Positions 17,920-26,956 of a stretch of DNA of 55,637 nt are shown here, one piece after another. The notes beneath the pieces were generated by a model that was given only the letters and a program-made list of their open reading frames with translations, did not search any database and was not told the DNA's origin. Within the stretch, counting starts at the first letter, position 1; each line of letters begins with the position of its first letter. Location: positions 1 through 55,637 of the forward strand of contig JAPLVK010000023.1 in the NCBI GenBank assembly GCA_026397175.1, written 5' to 3'. A program made the position numbers and the translations under genes. The stretch is from Candidatus Berkelbacteria bacterium (GTDB lineage Bacteria; Patescibacteriota; UBA1384; DTJR01).

Positions 17920-18808
17920 TTTTTATATTGAACTTTAAATAAACGCTTGCGCCATTATTTGTCGGCAATAAATGCGCTCTTAAATATATTCTACCACTAA
18001 TTTTACTATCATTTGCAACAATTACAAATCGTTCTTGGGGCAGATTAAAGTGCGTCAGATTCAAATATTTATCAAGAAATTTTAAAACAATTGTTTTTGG
18101 AATTTTGCCCAAAGATTTTCTGGGTCTCGAGTAATAAATATCAATTTTTTCATTTTCGCCAAGCGAAAAACAAAAGTTATCCGCCCCTAGCATTGCGAGT
18201 TTCTTGATTAAAGATACAAAAATTTTTCCGTCAGGTGTCTGAATTTTTTTCGCTGCACCATTTTGATTTTTATTCGCTTCTTTTTGTTTGCGGGCGACTT
18301 TTAAAATTCGCTCGCGGATTTGCAGCTCAATTTTTTCTTTTTGAACTCTTGGCAAAATCGAAAGAGTTTTGAAGTTAAGTTTTACAGTACTCTTTTGGGG
18401 TTTTTCCGCAGTAATTGGTATCGAAACATCCTTGACTTTGATATGACTGATTTTTGTCTTTGCCTCTTTTTCTTTTTGCCTTTGCTCGAAATTTTGCTGT
18501 CGGATTTGCTCCGGCGACCTGCCCGCAAGTGTTGCCTTAAAATCCGGCATGCTTTTAAATTTTATTTCTCGGCTATTAAGCAATAACCGCGGCGTTTTAG
18601 TGCCGATCTGTTTAATAATCCGGCTTTTTCGCTCTATAATATAAAAATTGCCAAAGCCGTTTAATGTGACTCTGCCTCGTTCTTTTAGCAAATCACAAAT
18701 CGCCACATCCGCCTCAAGTAAAATATTCCTAACACGGCTCATGGGCAAATTTACCTGCCCACCAATCTTTTTAGCCATTTGAGTCCGGTTCGTAAAATTT
18801 ATTTCCAT
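17912..18808 (-). CDS. HU/IHF-family DNA-binding domain protein with a ~200-aa C-terminal extension
   Basis: N-terminus ...RVRNILLEADVAICDLLKERGRVTLNGFGNFYIIERKSR... resembles the Bac_DNA_binding fold. Confidence 0.65.
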   Translation of the reverse strand: MEINFTNRTQMAKKIGGQVNLPMSRVRNILLEADVAICDLLKERGRVTLNGFGNFYIIERKSRIIKQIGTKTPRLLLNSREIKFKSMPDFKATLAGRSPEQIRQQNFEQRQKEKEAKTKISHIKVKDVSIPITAEKPQKSTVKLNFKTLSILPRVQKEKIELQIRERILKVARKQKEANKNQNGAAKKIQTPDGKIFVSLIKKLAMLGADNFCFSLGENEKIDIYYSRPRKSLGKIPKTIVLKFLDKYLNLTHFNLPQERFVIVANDSKISGRIYLRAHLLPTNNGASVYLKFNIKNE

Positions 18809-18942
18809 TAAATATAGGATACCAGAAATAAATTAGACCTGCCTGCTACCGGGCAGGAATCGTAGACAAAATGCGGAAACAACATTAGTGTTGCATCAAT
18901 CATATATCACGAACAGCAAGAGGACAAAAGGTGAAATAGCAA

Positions 18943-19800
18943 TTATTTTAGAAATTTTGCCAATGATTTTGAGATCTCATCAGCATTAATTGTTTCCGAA
19001 AAATCTTTCCCGATCCAAATTTTTGAAGCAGCTGCTGCCTGAAAAACCATCCAATACATTCCGGAGCAAACAGTTGCGCCTTTTGCTTCGACATCGGAGA
19101 GAAACTTTGTTTTATATGGGTTGAAAATTGCATCAAAAAAATACTTCCCCTTAAGAGACTTAAACTTATCAAGAACATTTTGACTAACAATTGATTTTGT
19201 GAAGTTGGGCGACATCCCTACTGGCGTGGTATTAATTATGAAATTTGATTCGGAAATTAGCTTATACATATTTTTATCATTTAACTCGAAATACTCGATT
19301 TTGCTACCCGAAATATCACGGGAAATCTCTTTTGCTTGCTTTGTATCAATATTGATTATAGACAGATTTCTAGTTCGTTTGTAAACCTCGAAAATTACAG
19401 CCCTTGCTGCTCCTCCTGCGCCAATAACACAGACCTTTTCATCGCACCTAATTGGCTTAAGTTTTTTTTCAATTGCCTTAATTGCTCCGAATGCGTCCGT
19501 GTTGTATCCCTTTGTGATTGGGCCTTTGAATTTGATAGTATTTACCGCACCACATTTTATTGCCGATTCATCGAATTCATCGATAAATTTCATTACATCA
19601 ATTTTATAAGGCAGCGTGATATTAACACCGCAAAATCCAAGTGTTTCCAGGGCCGCTAGATACTGTGGAAGTATTTTTTTTGATTCAACATTGATTTTTA
19701 TATGACCATATTCAAATCCAAATTGTTCCCCGAGCATTCTAAATAGTTCGGGGGAAACACTGTGATCAACTGGTTTGCCTAGTAAGGCCGAATAAAGCAT
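18943..19800 (-). CDS. aroE: Shikimate dehydrogenase
   Basis: HSVSPELF, NITLPYK, GAVNTI, GYNTD and VIGAGGAARAV motifs. Confidence 0.85.
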   Translation of the reverse strand: MLYSALLGKPVDHSVSPELFRMLGEQFGFEYGHIKINVESKKILPQYLAALETLGFCGVNITLPYKIDVMKFIDEFDESAIKCGAVNTIKFKGPITKGYNTDAFGAIKAIEKKLKPIRCDEKVCVIGAGGAARAVIFEVYKRTRNLSIINIDTKQAKEISRDISGSKIEYFELNDKNMYKLISESNFIINTTPVGMSPNFTKSIVSQNVLDKFKSLKGKYFFDAIFNPYKTKFLSDVEAKGATVCSGMYWMVFQAAAASKIWIGKDFSETINADEISKSLAKFLK

Positions 19801-19802
19801 TT

Positions 19803-20345
19803 TTAATTTCTAATGTTTTTGAGTTCTACTAAATATTGTTTAGACAGATCTTTCCAAATTTGTTCATTCTTAATTTCTTTGGCAGACAAGCCAAGAAAGC
19901 ACTTTATTTTCCCTACAAGCTTTTTTCGGAATCCTATTCCTGTCGCCATTTTTATGTAAAAGCTATTAAAGTAAATATCGGCACACTTTAAAATTAAAGC
20001 ATCTTTGCCATATGATTTTACTCTCTTAAACATCTCTTTATATTTTCCATCCCAATCTTCAATGGATTGGTCGTAGGAAACGGATTTGACAAGATTTGCA
20101 ATATTATCACCGAATTCAGATTTAAGTTCGTGTTCTGTTACATCCGAATCCTCTAGAATATCATGCAAGATTGAAGCAATAATAATGTCCTCGGAGTACT
20201 CTTGCTCTAAAAGATAAAATGCTACTTGTAGTGAATGCAAAATTACCGGTTTGCTGTTGCGACCGCTTTTATTAATATTGGCAATTAAAAAACTTATCGC
20301 CTTTTCAATATTAGATGCGCTTTTTCTATCTATAATCTTATTCAT
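19803..20345 (-). CDS. HD-domain phosphohydrolase (RelA/SpoT-type HD_4-like)
   Basis: HSLQVAFYL...ASILHDILEDS. Start placed at MNKIIDRK; the upstream part of the ORF overlaps a hairpin. Confidence 0.7.
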   Translation of the reverse strand: MNKIIDRKSASNIEKAISFLIANINKSGRNSKPVILHSLQVAFYLLEQEYSEDIIIASILHDILEDSDVTEHELKSEFGDNIANLVKSVSYDQSIEDWDGKYKEMFKRVKSYGKDALILKCADIYFNSFYIKMATGIGFRKKLVGKIKCFLGLSAKEIKNEQIWKDLSKQYLVELKNIRN

Positions 20346-20411
20346 AATATAAAAATATAACATATTTAAATGCAAAACACCACGGTGTGGCTGTAGCATT
20401 TTGCGTAAGGC

Positions 20412-21362
20412 CTAACCGTGGCGCTGGAGATTAGCAATATAGTCCGCGACCAGGTGCACAGGTCCCGAAATATATTGCGGACTGGAGTTAAGCACGCCCT
20501 TGATAACTTGTTTTCTCATCTTGTAGAATTCCTCGCAATCAAGTGACGGGATATATCCCAGAAGCTCAAAGTTCGAGCCTCCAGTCATAACCGTACAAGT
20601 TGATCTTATGTAGCGAGAGAAATTCTCATTCAGGTAGAGACGAGTGACCAGAGTATCGGCAAAACAGGTGTGCAACTCCGTTTTTGTTTCGTCGACATGT
20701 AGCATGAAGGCGTTGCTGATATTGACTATACGATCTTCGGTTTCGACTCCGAGCTGTGTATGATCCACTTTCGTCTTGTCAAGCCAGCTATCACCACTGG
20801 CCGTGGGAAAGAGGTGCAACAAACGGGGCAAGTTTCTTGAGATCGACTCCCTGCGCAAGAAGAAAAACTTAGTTCCTCCTCGTGCGATAATGTTTCCTTG
20901 CCGTTCGCCTAGAATACACAAATCGTTAGCAACCAACCGTGCCGAGTGTTTTTGGCACAACTCGATTGCCAAAGTTGTTTTCCCGGATCCTTCTTTGCCA
21001 AGCAGCAAAACGCCCCGATTATCGATCGAGATACATGCAGCATGGGCGGTTAGATCACCTTGTAGTTGCCGTTGGACCTCAATTAGCGGGTAAGACAGAT
21101 AGAGAAGGGACTCGCCATCACGCATCATTTCCCATGGGTAGCGAACGATTACTTCTCCGGCAGAAAAGACGAGGTTCTCCTCGTGTGGTGAGTCAACATA
21201 TACTAACCGTGGCGTATTATCAATCTTTGCAGCTCGAGTAACCCTCATATCCGGTATATATGAATCCTTTGCAAGTGCGCAAAGGTTTGGATATAGGTCA
21301 ACACTGCTGACGAAGTTGATGATCGAGCCACAGGATTCTACTTGGCAGGTGTATCGTTTCAC
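20412..21362 (-). CDS. HPr-kinase C-terminal-domain-like P-loop protein
   Basis: HAACISIDNRGVLLLGKEGSGKTTLAIELCQKHSARLVANDL parallels the HprK catalytic-domain motif. GTG start 4 nt after the upstream stop. Confidence 0.65.
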   Translation of the reverse strand: MKRYTCQVESCGSIINFVSSVDLYPNLCALAKDSYIPDMRVTRAAKIDNTPRLVYVDSPHEENLVFSAGEVIVRYPWEMMRDGESLLYLSYPLIEVQRQLQGDLTAHAACISIDNRGVLLLGKEGSGKTTLAIELCQKHSARLVANDLCILGERQGNIIARGGTKFFFLRRESISRNLPRLLHLFPTASGDSWLDKTKVDHTQLGVETEDRIVNISNAFMLHVDETKTELHTCFADTLVTRLYLNENFSRYIRSTCTVMTGGSNFELLGYIPSLDCEEFYKMRKQVIKGVLNSSPQYISGPVHLVADYIANLQRHG

Positions 21363-21366
21363 TTTA

Positions 21367-22572
21367 TCATCGCCTCACAGAAGTACGATCAAGTACGGTT
21401 TGCAGATAGGTGTCCGACGAGAACACAAGGCCCATAAGGGCTTCGATTTCCTCGGCGGAAGCTTTCTTCTGCATATTGATGTTGACCAGCGGGGGCGAAA
21501 GCAAAGGAAACTTGTTCTTTGTCATCACGACGATGGTGCAGGCGGAGCCGAGTTGTTCGTAGATTCGTCTAGACAAAACTGCGGTCAGAGTACCGAGAAC
21601 CCTGCCAGTATGGTAAACAGGGTTTTTGCCATCCGGCGCTTCAACGGAGTGTTCTCGAAAGATCGAGATAACTCCTTGATTGGTGTTGCCGCGACCTACT
21701 ACGCCTTCTTCGCCACAGTCAATGCAGCTTCCGATAGCGAGTAAATAGTGATGGTAGCCGCCTCCGTTGTCAGGGTTAACCTTGACAGATCCCTTGTACC
21801 TTGTGCCAGAGAGGATAGATTTGCACTGTATTGCTAGTTTTTCCTCTACTGATCGGAGAGCTTCAACATACTCTTGCTGTGAACTTACTTTGGTACTGAT
21901 GACCGGAATACACAAAGTGATGTCCAGTTCGTCGCTTACCCTATTCACCATCACCTTAATGTCTTGACCAATATGGTCGTGTACTGGCACCCGAAAACCT
22001 TCTGGTCCTTGAGTCCAAAACGATTGTTCGAGTTCAAATGCACAGCGTTCGCCTAGTGTGGGGGGCCAGTGGGCAACGCAAACTGAAGTGTCATTGGCCC
22101 GTAGTGTCCCACTATTATACTCTGGTAAATCACTCACATCTCTCGGCTCGAACCAGTACGGTACCTTCGAATGCGTTGTCGAATTGCACTCCACGACCAA
22201 TTCGTTTTCGCAATCCAGATGCGGTAGTGTGTATCCGAGGTAGCGCTTGACAGCAGAGGTCTGGATGTAGGCCAGCGGAATTAGCTGACCGTTCATGGTG
22301 TTGCTTACTCGGCCGTTAATCTGGACCCGAATCGGCTTGACCATTTCTCTTTGACCGTAGTCTCTCCTGAACAGTCCAGCCCCTATGTAGAGTTTGTCCA
22401 CATTGTGATGTGGAATGGCTCCGAATTTGTCGAGACAGTACAATGAGTACGCTCTCGAAACTTCGTCAGCCAGTGCATCGGCAAGTGTGTCAGGATGACC
22501 AAGTCCTTTGCGTTCTACTATCTCAAGGGGTTGGCTTTCTGGGTTCCTCCAATTGTCGCTGATTCGTATCAC
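21367..22572 (-). CDS. Archaeal-type S-adenosylmethionine synthetase family protein
   Basis: EIVERKGLGHPD, ANDTS, GQDIKVM, GEEGVVGRGN and GKNPVYHTGR align with archaeal MAT (AdoMet_Synthase) motifs. GTG start with an AAGGAGG SD. Confidence 0.75.
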   Translation of the reverse strand: MIRISDNWRNPESQPLEIVERKGLGHPDTLADALADEVSRAYSLYCLDKFGAIPHHNVDKLYIGAGLFRRDYGQREMVKPIRVQINGRVSNTMNGQLIPLAYIQTSAVKRYLGYTLPHLDCENELVVECNSTTHSKVPYWFEPRDVSDLPEYNSGTLRANDTSVCVAHWPPTLGERCAFELEQSFWTQGPEGFRVPVHDHIGQDIKVMVNRVSDELDITLCIPVISTKVSSQQEYVEALRSVEEKLAIQCKSILSGTRYKGSVKVNPDNGGGYHHYLLAIGSCIDCGEEGVVGRGNTNQGVISIFREHSVEAPDGKNPVYHTGRVLGTLTAVLSRRIYEQLGSACTIVVMTKNKFPLLSPPLVNINMQKKASAEEIEALMGLVFSSDTYLQTVLDRTSVRR

Positions 22573-22575
22573 TAG

Positions 22576-23334
22576 TTAGCCCTCCTTCTTTGTCTGTGTA
22601 ATCAGTAGGTTTTGTATCGAAGCGTCATCGTCTTGCGTGAAATTCATTCCTCTGATGATCACAACCGGGATGCTCTCGTCTGCTTGTCCCATTAGAAGGG
22701 AAGCAGTCGCGGCAAGCTCATCTACGAGTGCGATAGTGCTGTTGGAGGGGTTGTCAAAGAGATCTCTTTGACTCCTGTTTTCCACATGGCGGATACCGGC
22801 AATACCGATTGCCATCCCGACTGAACCCTCTCTGTCCGAGCGCCCCATAGAGTCATTGATAATCACTGCTACTTTAGCTCCGGTTTTTTCAAAGATGGTC
22901 TGCCGGATCTTGCGAGCGCTCGCATCTGGGTCTCGGGGTAAAAGCACGACGATCTCTTTGTTGTGGAGAGCGACATTTGACCTGTCAACTCCCGATCCCG
23001 ACCCTATAAAGCCAAGTCGATGTCGCGTTACAACGGTTTTGCCTTTAACCAGAATTACTTCGGTACTTTCGTCAAGATAAACCTGGCAAAGACGAGCGTC
23101 TCTACCGGTTTGCTCGGCGAGTTGCCGGGCATGTTTCGTAGGAACGATTTGGGCTAGATTGACTGTTGCACCCTCTGCTTTCGAAACAATCTTCTGGGCA
23201 ACAACTAGGACATCGTTGTCGTGAACAGAATACCCTTCGGTCTTAGCGGCCTCGTGAATGAGCATTCCCAAATCGCTACCCTCGATAACTAGAGGAATGC
23301 CTGGGACAGCGCGTACAGATAATTCCCTTACCAT
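22576..23334 (-). CDS. CofE-like (F420-0:gamma-glutamyl ligase family) protein
   Basis: VVAQKIVSKAEG, GVDRSN, LLPRDPDASA, INDSMGRSDREGSVGMAIGIAGI and LMGQADESIPVVIIRG. Confidence 0.75.
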   Translation of the reverse strand: MVRELSVRAVPGIPLVIEGSDLGMLIHEAAKTEGYSVHDNDVLVVAQKIVSKAEGATVNLAQIVPTKHARQLAEQTGRDARLCQVYLDESTEVILVKGKTVVTRHRLGFIGSGSGVDRSNVALHNKEIVVLLPRDPDASARKIRQTIFEKTGAKVAVIINDSMGRSDREGSVGMAIGIAGIRHVENRSQRDLFDNPSNSTIALVDELAATASLLMGQADESIPVVIIRGMNFTQDDDASIQNLLITQTKKEG

Positions 23335-23448
23335 TGATAGCTCTCCTTTGTAATGGTATTGTACAACTCAAAGTAAAAAAACAATGTCAAAGTACAAGGT
23401 GTTATTGTACCACGCTGGCTTTTATAATCAACTAATATTGTCATAATT

Positions 23449-24570
23449 ATGAAAGAGAAGATTGCAGTATGCATACCGACCCTTAACGAGGCGTCTACGA
23501 TTGTCGATACATTGACGAGAATAGATCGAGGCCTGCACAAATATTTTAAAGAATATGAGAACTTTATTGTTAACGCGGACAATAATAGTAAGGACAAGAC
23601 GAAATTCAACTTTTTTGATACACCGACTGATTCTCGTAAAATATATATAGGCACTGGAAACTATGGTAAAGGCAATAATCTTTTATCTTTTTTTAATTTT
23701 TGTAAAGAAAATAATATAAATTACGCAGCAACAATAGATAGCGATGTAAAAACCGTAGAGCCAGAGTGGGTTAAAAAATTAATTGACCCACTAACCGCAG
23801 GTGACGCCGATTATGTTACGCCTGTCTACGAAAGAAACAGGTTTGAGGGAAGTACAACCAATCACTTCGCTTTTCCGATGATTTTTGCATTTTTTGGTGA
23901 CTGCGTAAGGCAACCTATAGCCGGTGATTTTGCTTTTAACAAAAAATATATCAATCATGTCCTAGCCAAAAAAATTTTAAAATCTACTCGAGATTACGGA
24001 ATAGATATTTTTATGACCATACACGCTCTAGGTGGGGGCTTTTCTATTAAAGAGGTTAATCTTGGAAAGAAGATTCATAGTCCGAGTTTTACTAAAATAG
24101 AATTTATGCCACAGCAAGTAATAGAGTCAGGATTGGAAGCCATCAGCCAGTATGAACCACGAAATTATAATCATAAAATTGTAAAAATTAAAACGAAAAG
24201 ATGTATACACCCATCCAGGAAATTTTCTCATGCAGAAAAAGCCAAAAAATTACTTAACGGATGTTTGAAGAATCTCGAGTTAAATCAACAGAGATTCGAA
24301 AAAATTATTCCCGGATCTCAAGCAGAAATTAACTATCTTTTAAATTTTGGTAATGCAGGGAATGATAGTTGGCCGTTTCTACTCTGTAAAGCTATTGATC
24401 AGACCAGAAAGAAATCAAATTATAAAGCGATCAGCTTAGTTTTGGCACAAATCTCATTGGCTCGAACAATCATAATTTGGCTAAAATCGAGGAAACTTTC
24501 CGCAAATGAGGTAGAAAACGAGATTGCCAGGCAAGCAATTTCCACTCGAAGGTATATACGCTCTCATTAA
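23449..24570 (+). CDS. Family-2 glycosyltransferase (GpgS/MpgS-like N-terminus)
   Basis: KIAVCIPTLNEASTIVDTL and DSDV (DxD-like). AT-rich, divergent from the CofE-like gene. Confidence 0.7.
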   Translation: MKEKIAVCIPTLNEASTIVDTLTRIDRGLHKYFKEYENFIVNADNNSKDKTKFNFFDTPTDSRKIYIGTGNYGKGNNLLSFFNFCKENNINYAATIDSDVKTVEPEWVKKLIDPLTAGDADYVTPVYERNRFEGSTTNHFAFPMIFAFFGDCVRQPIAGDFAFNKKYINHVLAKKILKSTRDYGIDIFMTIHALGGGFSIKEVNLGKKIHSPSFTKIEFMPQQVIESGLEAISQYEPRNYNHKIVKIKTKRCIHPSRKFSHAEKAKKLLNGCLKNLELNQQRFEKIIPGSQAEINYLLNFGNAGNDSWPFLLCKAIDQTRKKSNYKAISLVLAQISLARTIIIWLKSRKLSANEVENEIARQAISTRRYIRSH

Positions 24571-24654
24571 GCAATATCCAAAAACGATATTGGCGTTGAA
24601 TTAATCATGCATCATGAATGCCAAGTTTATAATGGTCGTCTACTATCAACTTAA

Positions 24655-25058
24655 TCAAATAGGGGTTACTCTAATAAACATACTGAAAGGTACTGCCAAT
24701 AACGCTGCGAGCGCAACCCATCTCGCGATATCAAGACGATTGATTTGAATCAAGGATATTACTACGGTTGCGTAAACCCAAGGAGTCAAATAGTCAAATC
24801 CTATTGCTGCTCCAGCAAGTGAAGAAACTACAGCATAAAGGATAAGTAGCAAAATTAGCCAAATACTATTTTGTGGATAATAAAATCCATTCGAACTGCC
24901 ATAGCAAGAAATAAAAATGCGAAGAGAGAGCCCGAGAGATATGGTGTCGCGTAAGTGTCATCATGGATAGTTTGCAAGAGAAGAGAGGTAACTATAAATA
25001 AAATAATCGCAACTCGCTAAAATATCTTAAAAACTTTTTTCTCTTTTTCTGTATTCAT
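24655..25058 (-). pseudogene. Degraded small membrane-protein gene (in-frame TAG plus a frameshift)
   Basis: AAGGAGG-ATG at 25058 gives MNTEKEKKVFKIF-TAG-RVAIILFIV...IHKIVFG-TAA. The hydrophobic reading then continues in another frame as the 65-aa ORF 24655-24852. Confidence 0.45.
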
Positions 25059-25098
25059 TTTCTCCTCCTTAAATATCTCGATAGATAAAAATGGTTTT

Positions 25099-25221
25099 TT
25101 ACTGTATTACTGCTGTTTGGGCGGTGGGTTTGTTGGGTTTTTGCTCAGTATGGTAGCCGACGGAGTAGGAGTCAACGGTTGGAGTAGAAACTCCGTCAGT
25201 ATTTGAAAGTGTTGTTTCGAT
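25099..25221 (-). repeat. Orphan copy 3 of the 3' end of gene 26957-27994
   Basis: Encodes IETTLSNTDGVSTPTVDSYSVGYHTEQKPNKPTAQTAVIQ*. Begins 2 nt after the hicA stop. Confidence 0.85.
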
Positions 25222-25223
25222 AA

Positions 25224-25457
25224 TTATTTTATCTTCTTTAAAATTTCGGTGTATTTCTCAACAGAAATTTCCAAAATTCTCAAGTTATTTTTAATAACAA
25301 AAACTGGAAGCGATCTATAGGTTGGCAATACTATCGGTCTTTTGAGCCCTGCTCGTTCATAAATTCTATGGCTTCCTTTTTGCCTTACAAATTCACATTC
25401 GACAAACAAGAGGAATTTTTCAAATTCCTTCCATTTGATCGCCGTAACTTTTGGCAT
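25224..25457 (-). CDS. hicA: HicA-family mRNA interferase toxin
   Basis: 77 aa with FEKFL...VRQKGSHRIYER...LPTY. Confidence 0.8.
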   Translation of the reverse strand: MPKVTAIKWKEFEKFLLFVECEFVRQKGSHRIYERAGLKRPIVLPTYRSLPVFVIKNNLRILEISVEKYTEILKKIK

Positions 25458-25458
25458 T

Positions 25459-25743
25459 TCACGCTTTTAGAGCGAGCGAAAATTTTTTGGTTTGATGTGA
25501 GATCTCGGTTGGTGGAAACCAATTTGAATCGGTCTTTTTCCAACCCAGGGAAGTCAAGACATCATTCATTGTTCCCTTGCGGTCTAATTCCTCAAAAAAT
25601 ATTTCGGTGGATTCTTCAAACATTTTATGCGCTCTTTCGATTGAACTGGCACAAGTTGATAAATCAAGCACGGGAGAATAAGCGACAAAATCGTCGCCTT
25701 CCTTAAAAATTGAAACCGGAATTGAAAAATAAATGTTTTTCAT
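25459..25743 (-). CDS. hicB: HicB-family antitoxin (UPF0150 fold)
   Basis: 94 aa with PVSIFKEGDDFVAYSPVLDLSTCASSIERA. One-nt gap to hicA. Confidence 0.75.
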   Translation of the reverse strand: MKNIYFSIPVSIFKEGDDFVAYSPVLDLSTCASSIERAHKMFEESTEIFFEELDRKGTMNDVLTSLGWKKTDSNWFPPTEISHQTKKFSLALKA

Positions 25744-25801
25744 AAGTTTATAGTACTAAATAAGAACAAAATTGCAATATTTTCGACTTACGATGTCAAT
25801 T

Positions 25802-25839
25802 TTCTGCCACTTGAACGCGATCGCGTTCAAGTGGCAGAA
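25802..25839. repeat. Perfect 38-bp palindrome with a GCGATCGC centre
   Basis: TTCTGCCACTTGAACGCGATCGCGTTCAAGTGGCAGAA. It abuts the -35 (TTGACA) of the hicBA promoter. Confidence 0.9.
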
Positions 25840-25885
25840 TGTGAATAATAAGACGAGTTCATTTTGAATTGAGAACTTAAAAAAA

Positions 25886-26026
25886 TTACTGAACCACAGC
25901 AGTGATAGCAGTAGGTTTGTTGGGTTTTTGCTCAGTATGGTAGCCGACGGAGTAGGAATCAACGGTGGGGGTAGAAGCACCATCGGTATTAGAGAGTGTT
26001 GTCTCGACTTGGAAATATCTGTATTT
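25886..26026 (-). repeat. Orphan copy 2 of the 3' end of gene 26957-27994
   Basis: Encodes KYRYFQVETTLSNTDGASTPTVDSYSVGYHTEQKPNKPTAITAVVQ*. Begins about 22 nt after the hepT stop. Confidence 0.85.
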
Positions 26027-26048
26027 AATATGCTTAAATAAACAAGTG

Positions 26049-26411
26049 CTACCGTTTGCTTGTAATGCCAAATTCGTTTTCCAGTATTTTTGATAACTGT
26101 TTTTCCAGTTGTGGTGTATGAATGGTAATTGTACCCCAAACACCTTTTAGATCAACTCCGAAATAATCGTGTATCAAAACATCACGCATACCGGCGGCTT
26201 TTTTCCACTCAACTTCCGGATGAGCTTTTTTGAAATCAGAACTGACTCGCTTTGCCGCTTCGCCAATTATTTCGAGCTGACGGATGACCGCACTTTGCAT
26301 GTAAATGTTATCAAGAAAATGTTCCTTGCCTGCCTTGCCACGAAAAGCACTGATATTATTCGCGGCCTCCAACATGTGCTCGAGAAAAAGTTGGTTATTA
26401 TTTTTTGGCAT
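26049..26411 (-). CDS. hepT: HepT (DUF86) RNase toxin
   Basis: Rx4H motif in MRDVLIHDY. 14-nt overlap with the upstream NTase gene. Confidence 0.8.
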   Translation of the reverse strand: MPKNNNQLFLEHMLEAANNISAFRGKAGKEHFLDNIYMQSAVIRQLEIIGEAAKRVSSDFKKAHPEVEWKKAAGMRDVLIHDYFGVDLKGVWGTITIHTPQLEKQLSKILENEFGITSKR

Positions 26412-26703
26412 ATATAATTTTCATGGTTTTGTGAACTTCGGTTTTCATTTTTGGATTAAGTCCGGATTCAGTTATTACATCAACGGGAGAATCAAGTTTT
26501 TTTTCTAAATTGTTTTTAATGTCAACAAGGTCATAGAGAGAGTACTCTTTTTTCGGGTCGAAATTAAGCAAGAAGTCGTAATCACTGTTGATTCGCGCCT
26601 GATTTTTTGCTCGGGAACCAAAAATCGCCGCGCTCACAACACCATGTTTGGTAAGCAGCGGAATAACTTTAATCCTTAATTGTTCTAACTCTTTGTCGCT
26701 CAT
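26398..26703 (-). CDS. mntA: MntA minimal nucleotidyltransferase antitoxin
   Basis: FGSRAKNQARINSDYDF (GS-x10-DxD). Confidence 0.8.
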   Translation of the reverse strand: MSDKELEQLRIKVIPLLTKHGVVSAAIFGSRAKNQARINSDYDFLLNFDPKKEYSLYDLVDIKNNLEKKLDSPVDVITESGLNPKMKTEVHKTMKIIYAKK

Positions 26704-26790
26704 ATTGAGTGAATTATATCACATTTTTTGAACTTTACATCTCGGCAAAGCCAAAGCTCTAGGTTGATATTTCTACAAAAAAACATAACT

Positions 26791-26824
26791 TTGCGCAAAT
26801 TGTCCGATCGGACAATTTGCGCAA
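26791..26824. repeat. Perfect 34-bp palindrome with a CGATCG centre
   Basis: TTGCGCAAATTGTCCGATCGGACAATTTGCGCAA. Confidence 0.9.
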
Positions 26825-26881
26825 GAATATAAGTATTTTATACCTTATGAGGAATTGGGGATATAGAATTTTTGATTGTTT

Positions 26882-26915
26882 TTGCGCATTTCTGGCGATC
26901 GCCAGAAATGCGCAA
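26882..26915. repeat. Perfect 34-bp palindrome with a GCGATCGC centre
   Basis: TTGCGCATTTCTGGCGATCGCCAGAAATGCGCAA. Same TTGCGCA...TGCGCAA ends as 26791-26824. Confidence 0.9.
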
Positions 26916-26956
26916 TAAGTTGATAAATTCAATAAATAAAACAAAAGAGAACTTTA

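Noticed and set aside
23328-23654. 108-aa minus-strand ORF overlapping the start of the GT2 gene.
   Set aside because: It spans the divergent promoter region and the antisense strand of a gene with clear GT2 motifs, and it has no SD.
24655-25058. TAG stop-codon reassignment to explain the in-frame TAG.
   Set aside because: TAG terminates other well-supported genes in the window, and the same locus also needs a frameshift. A pseudogene is the simpler explanation.
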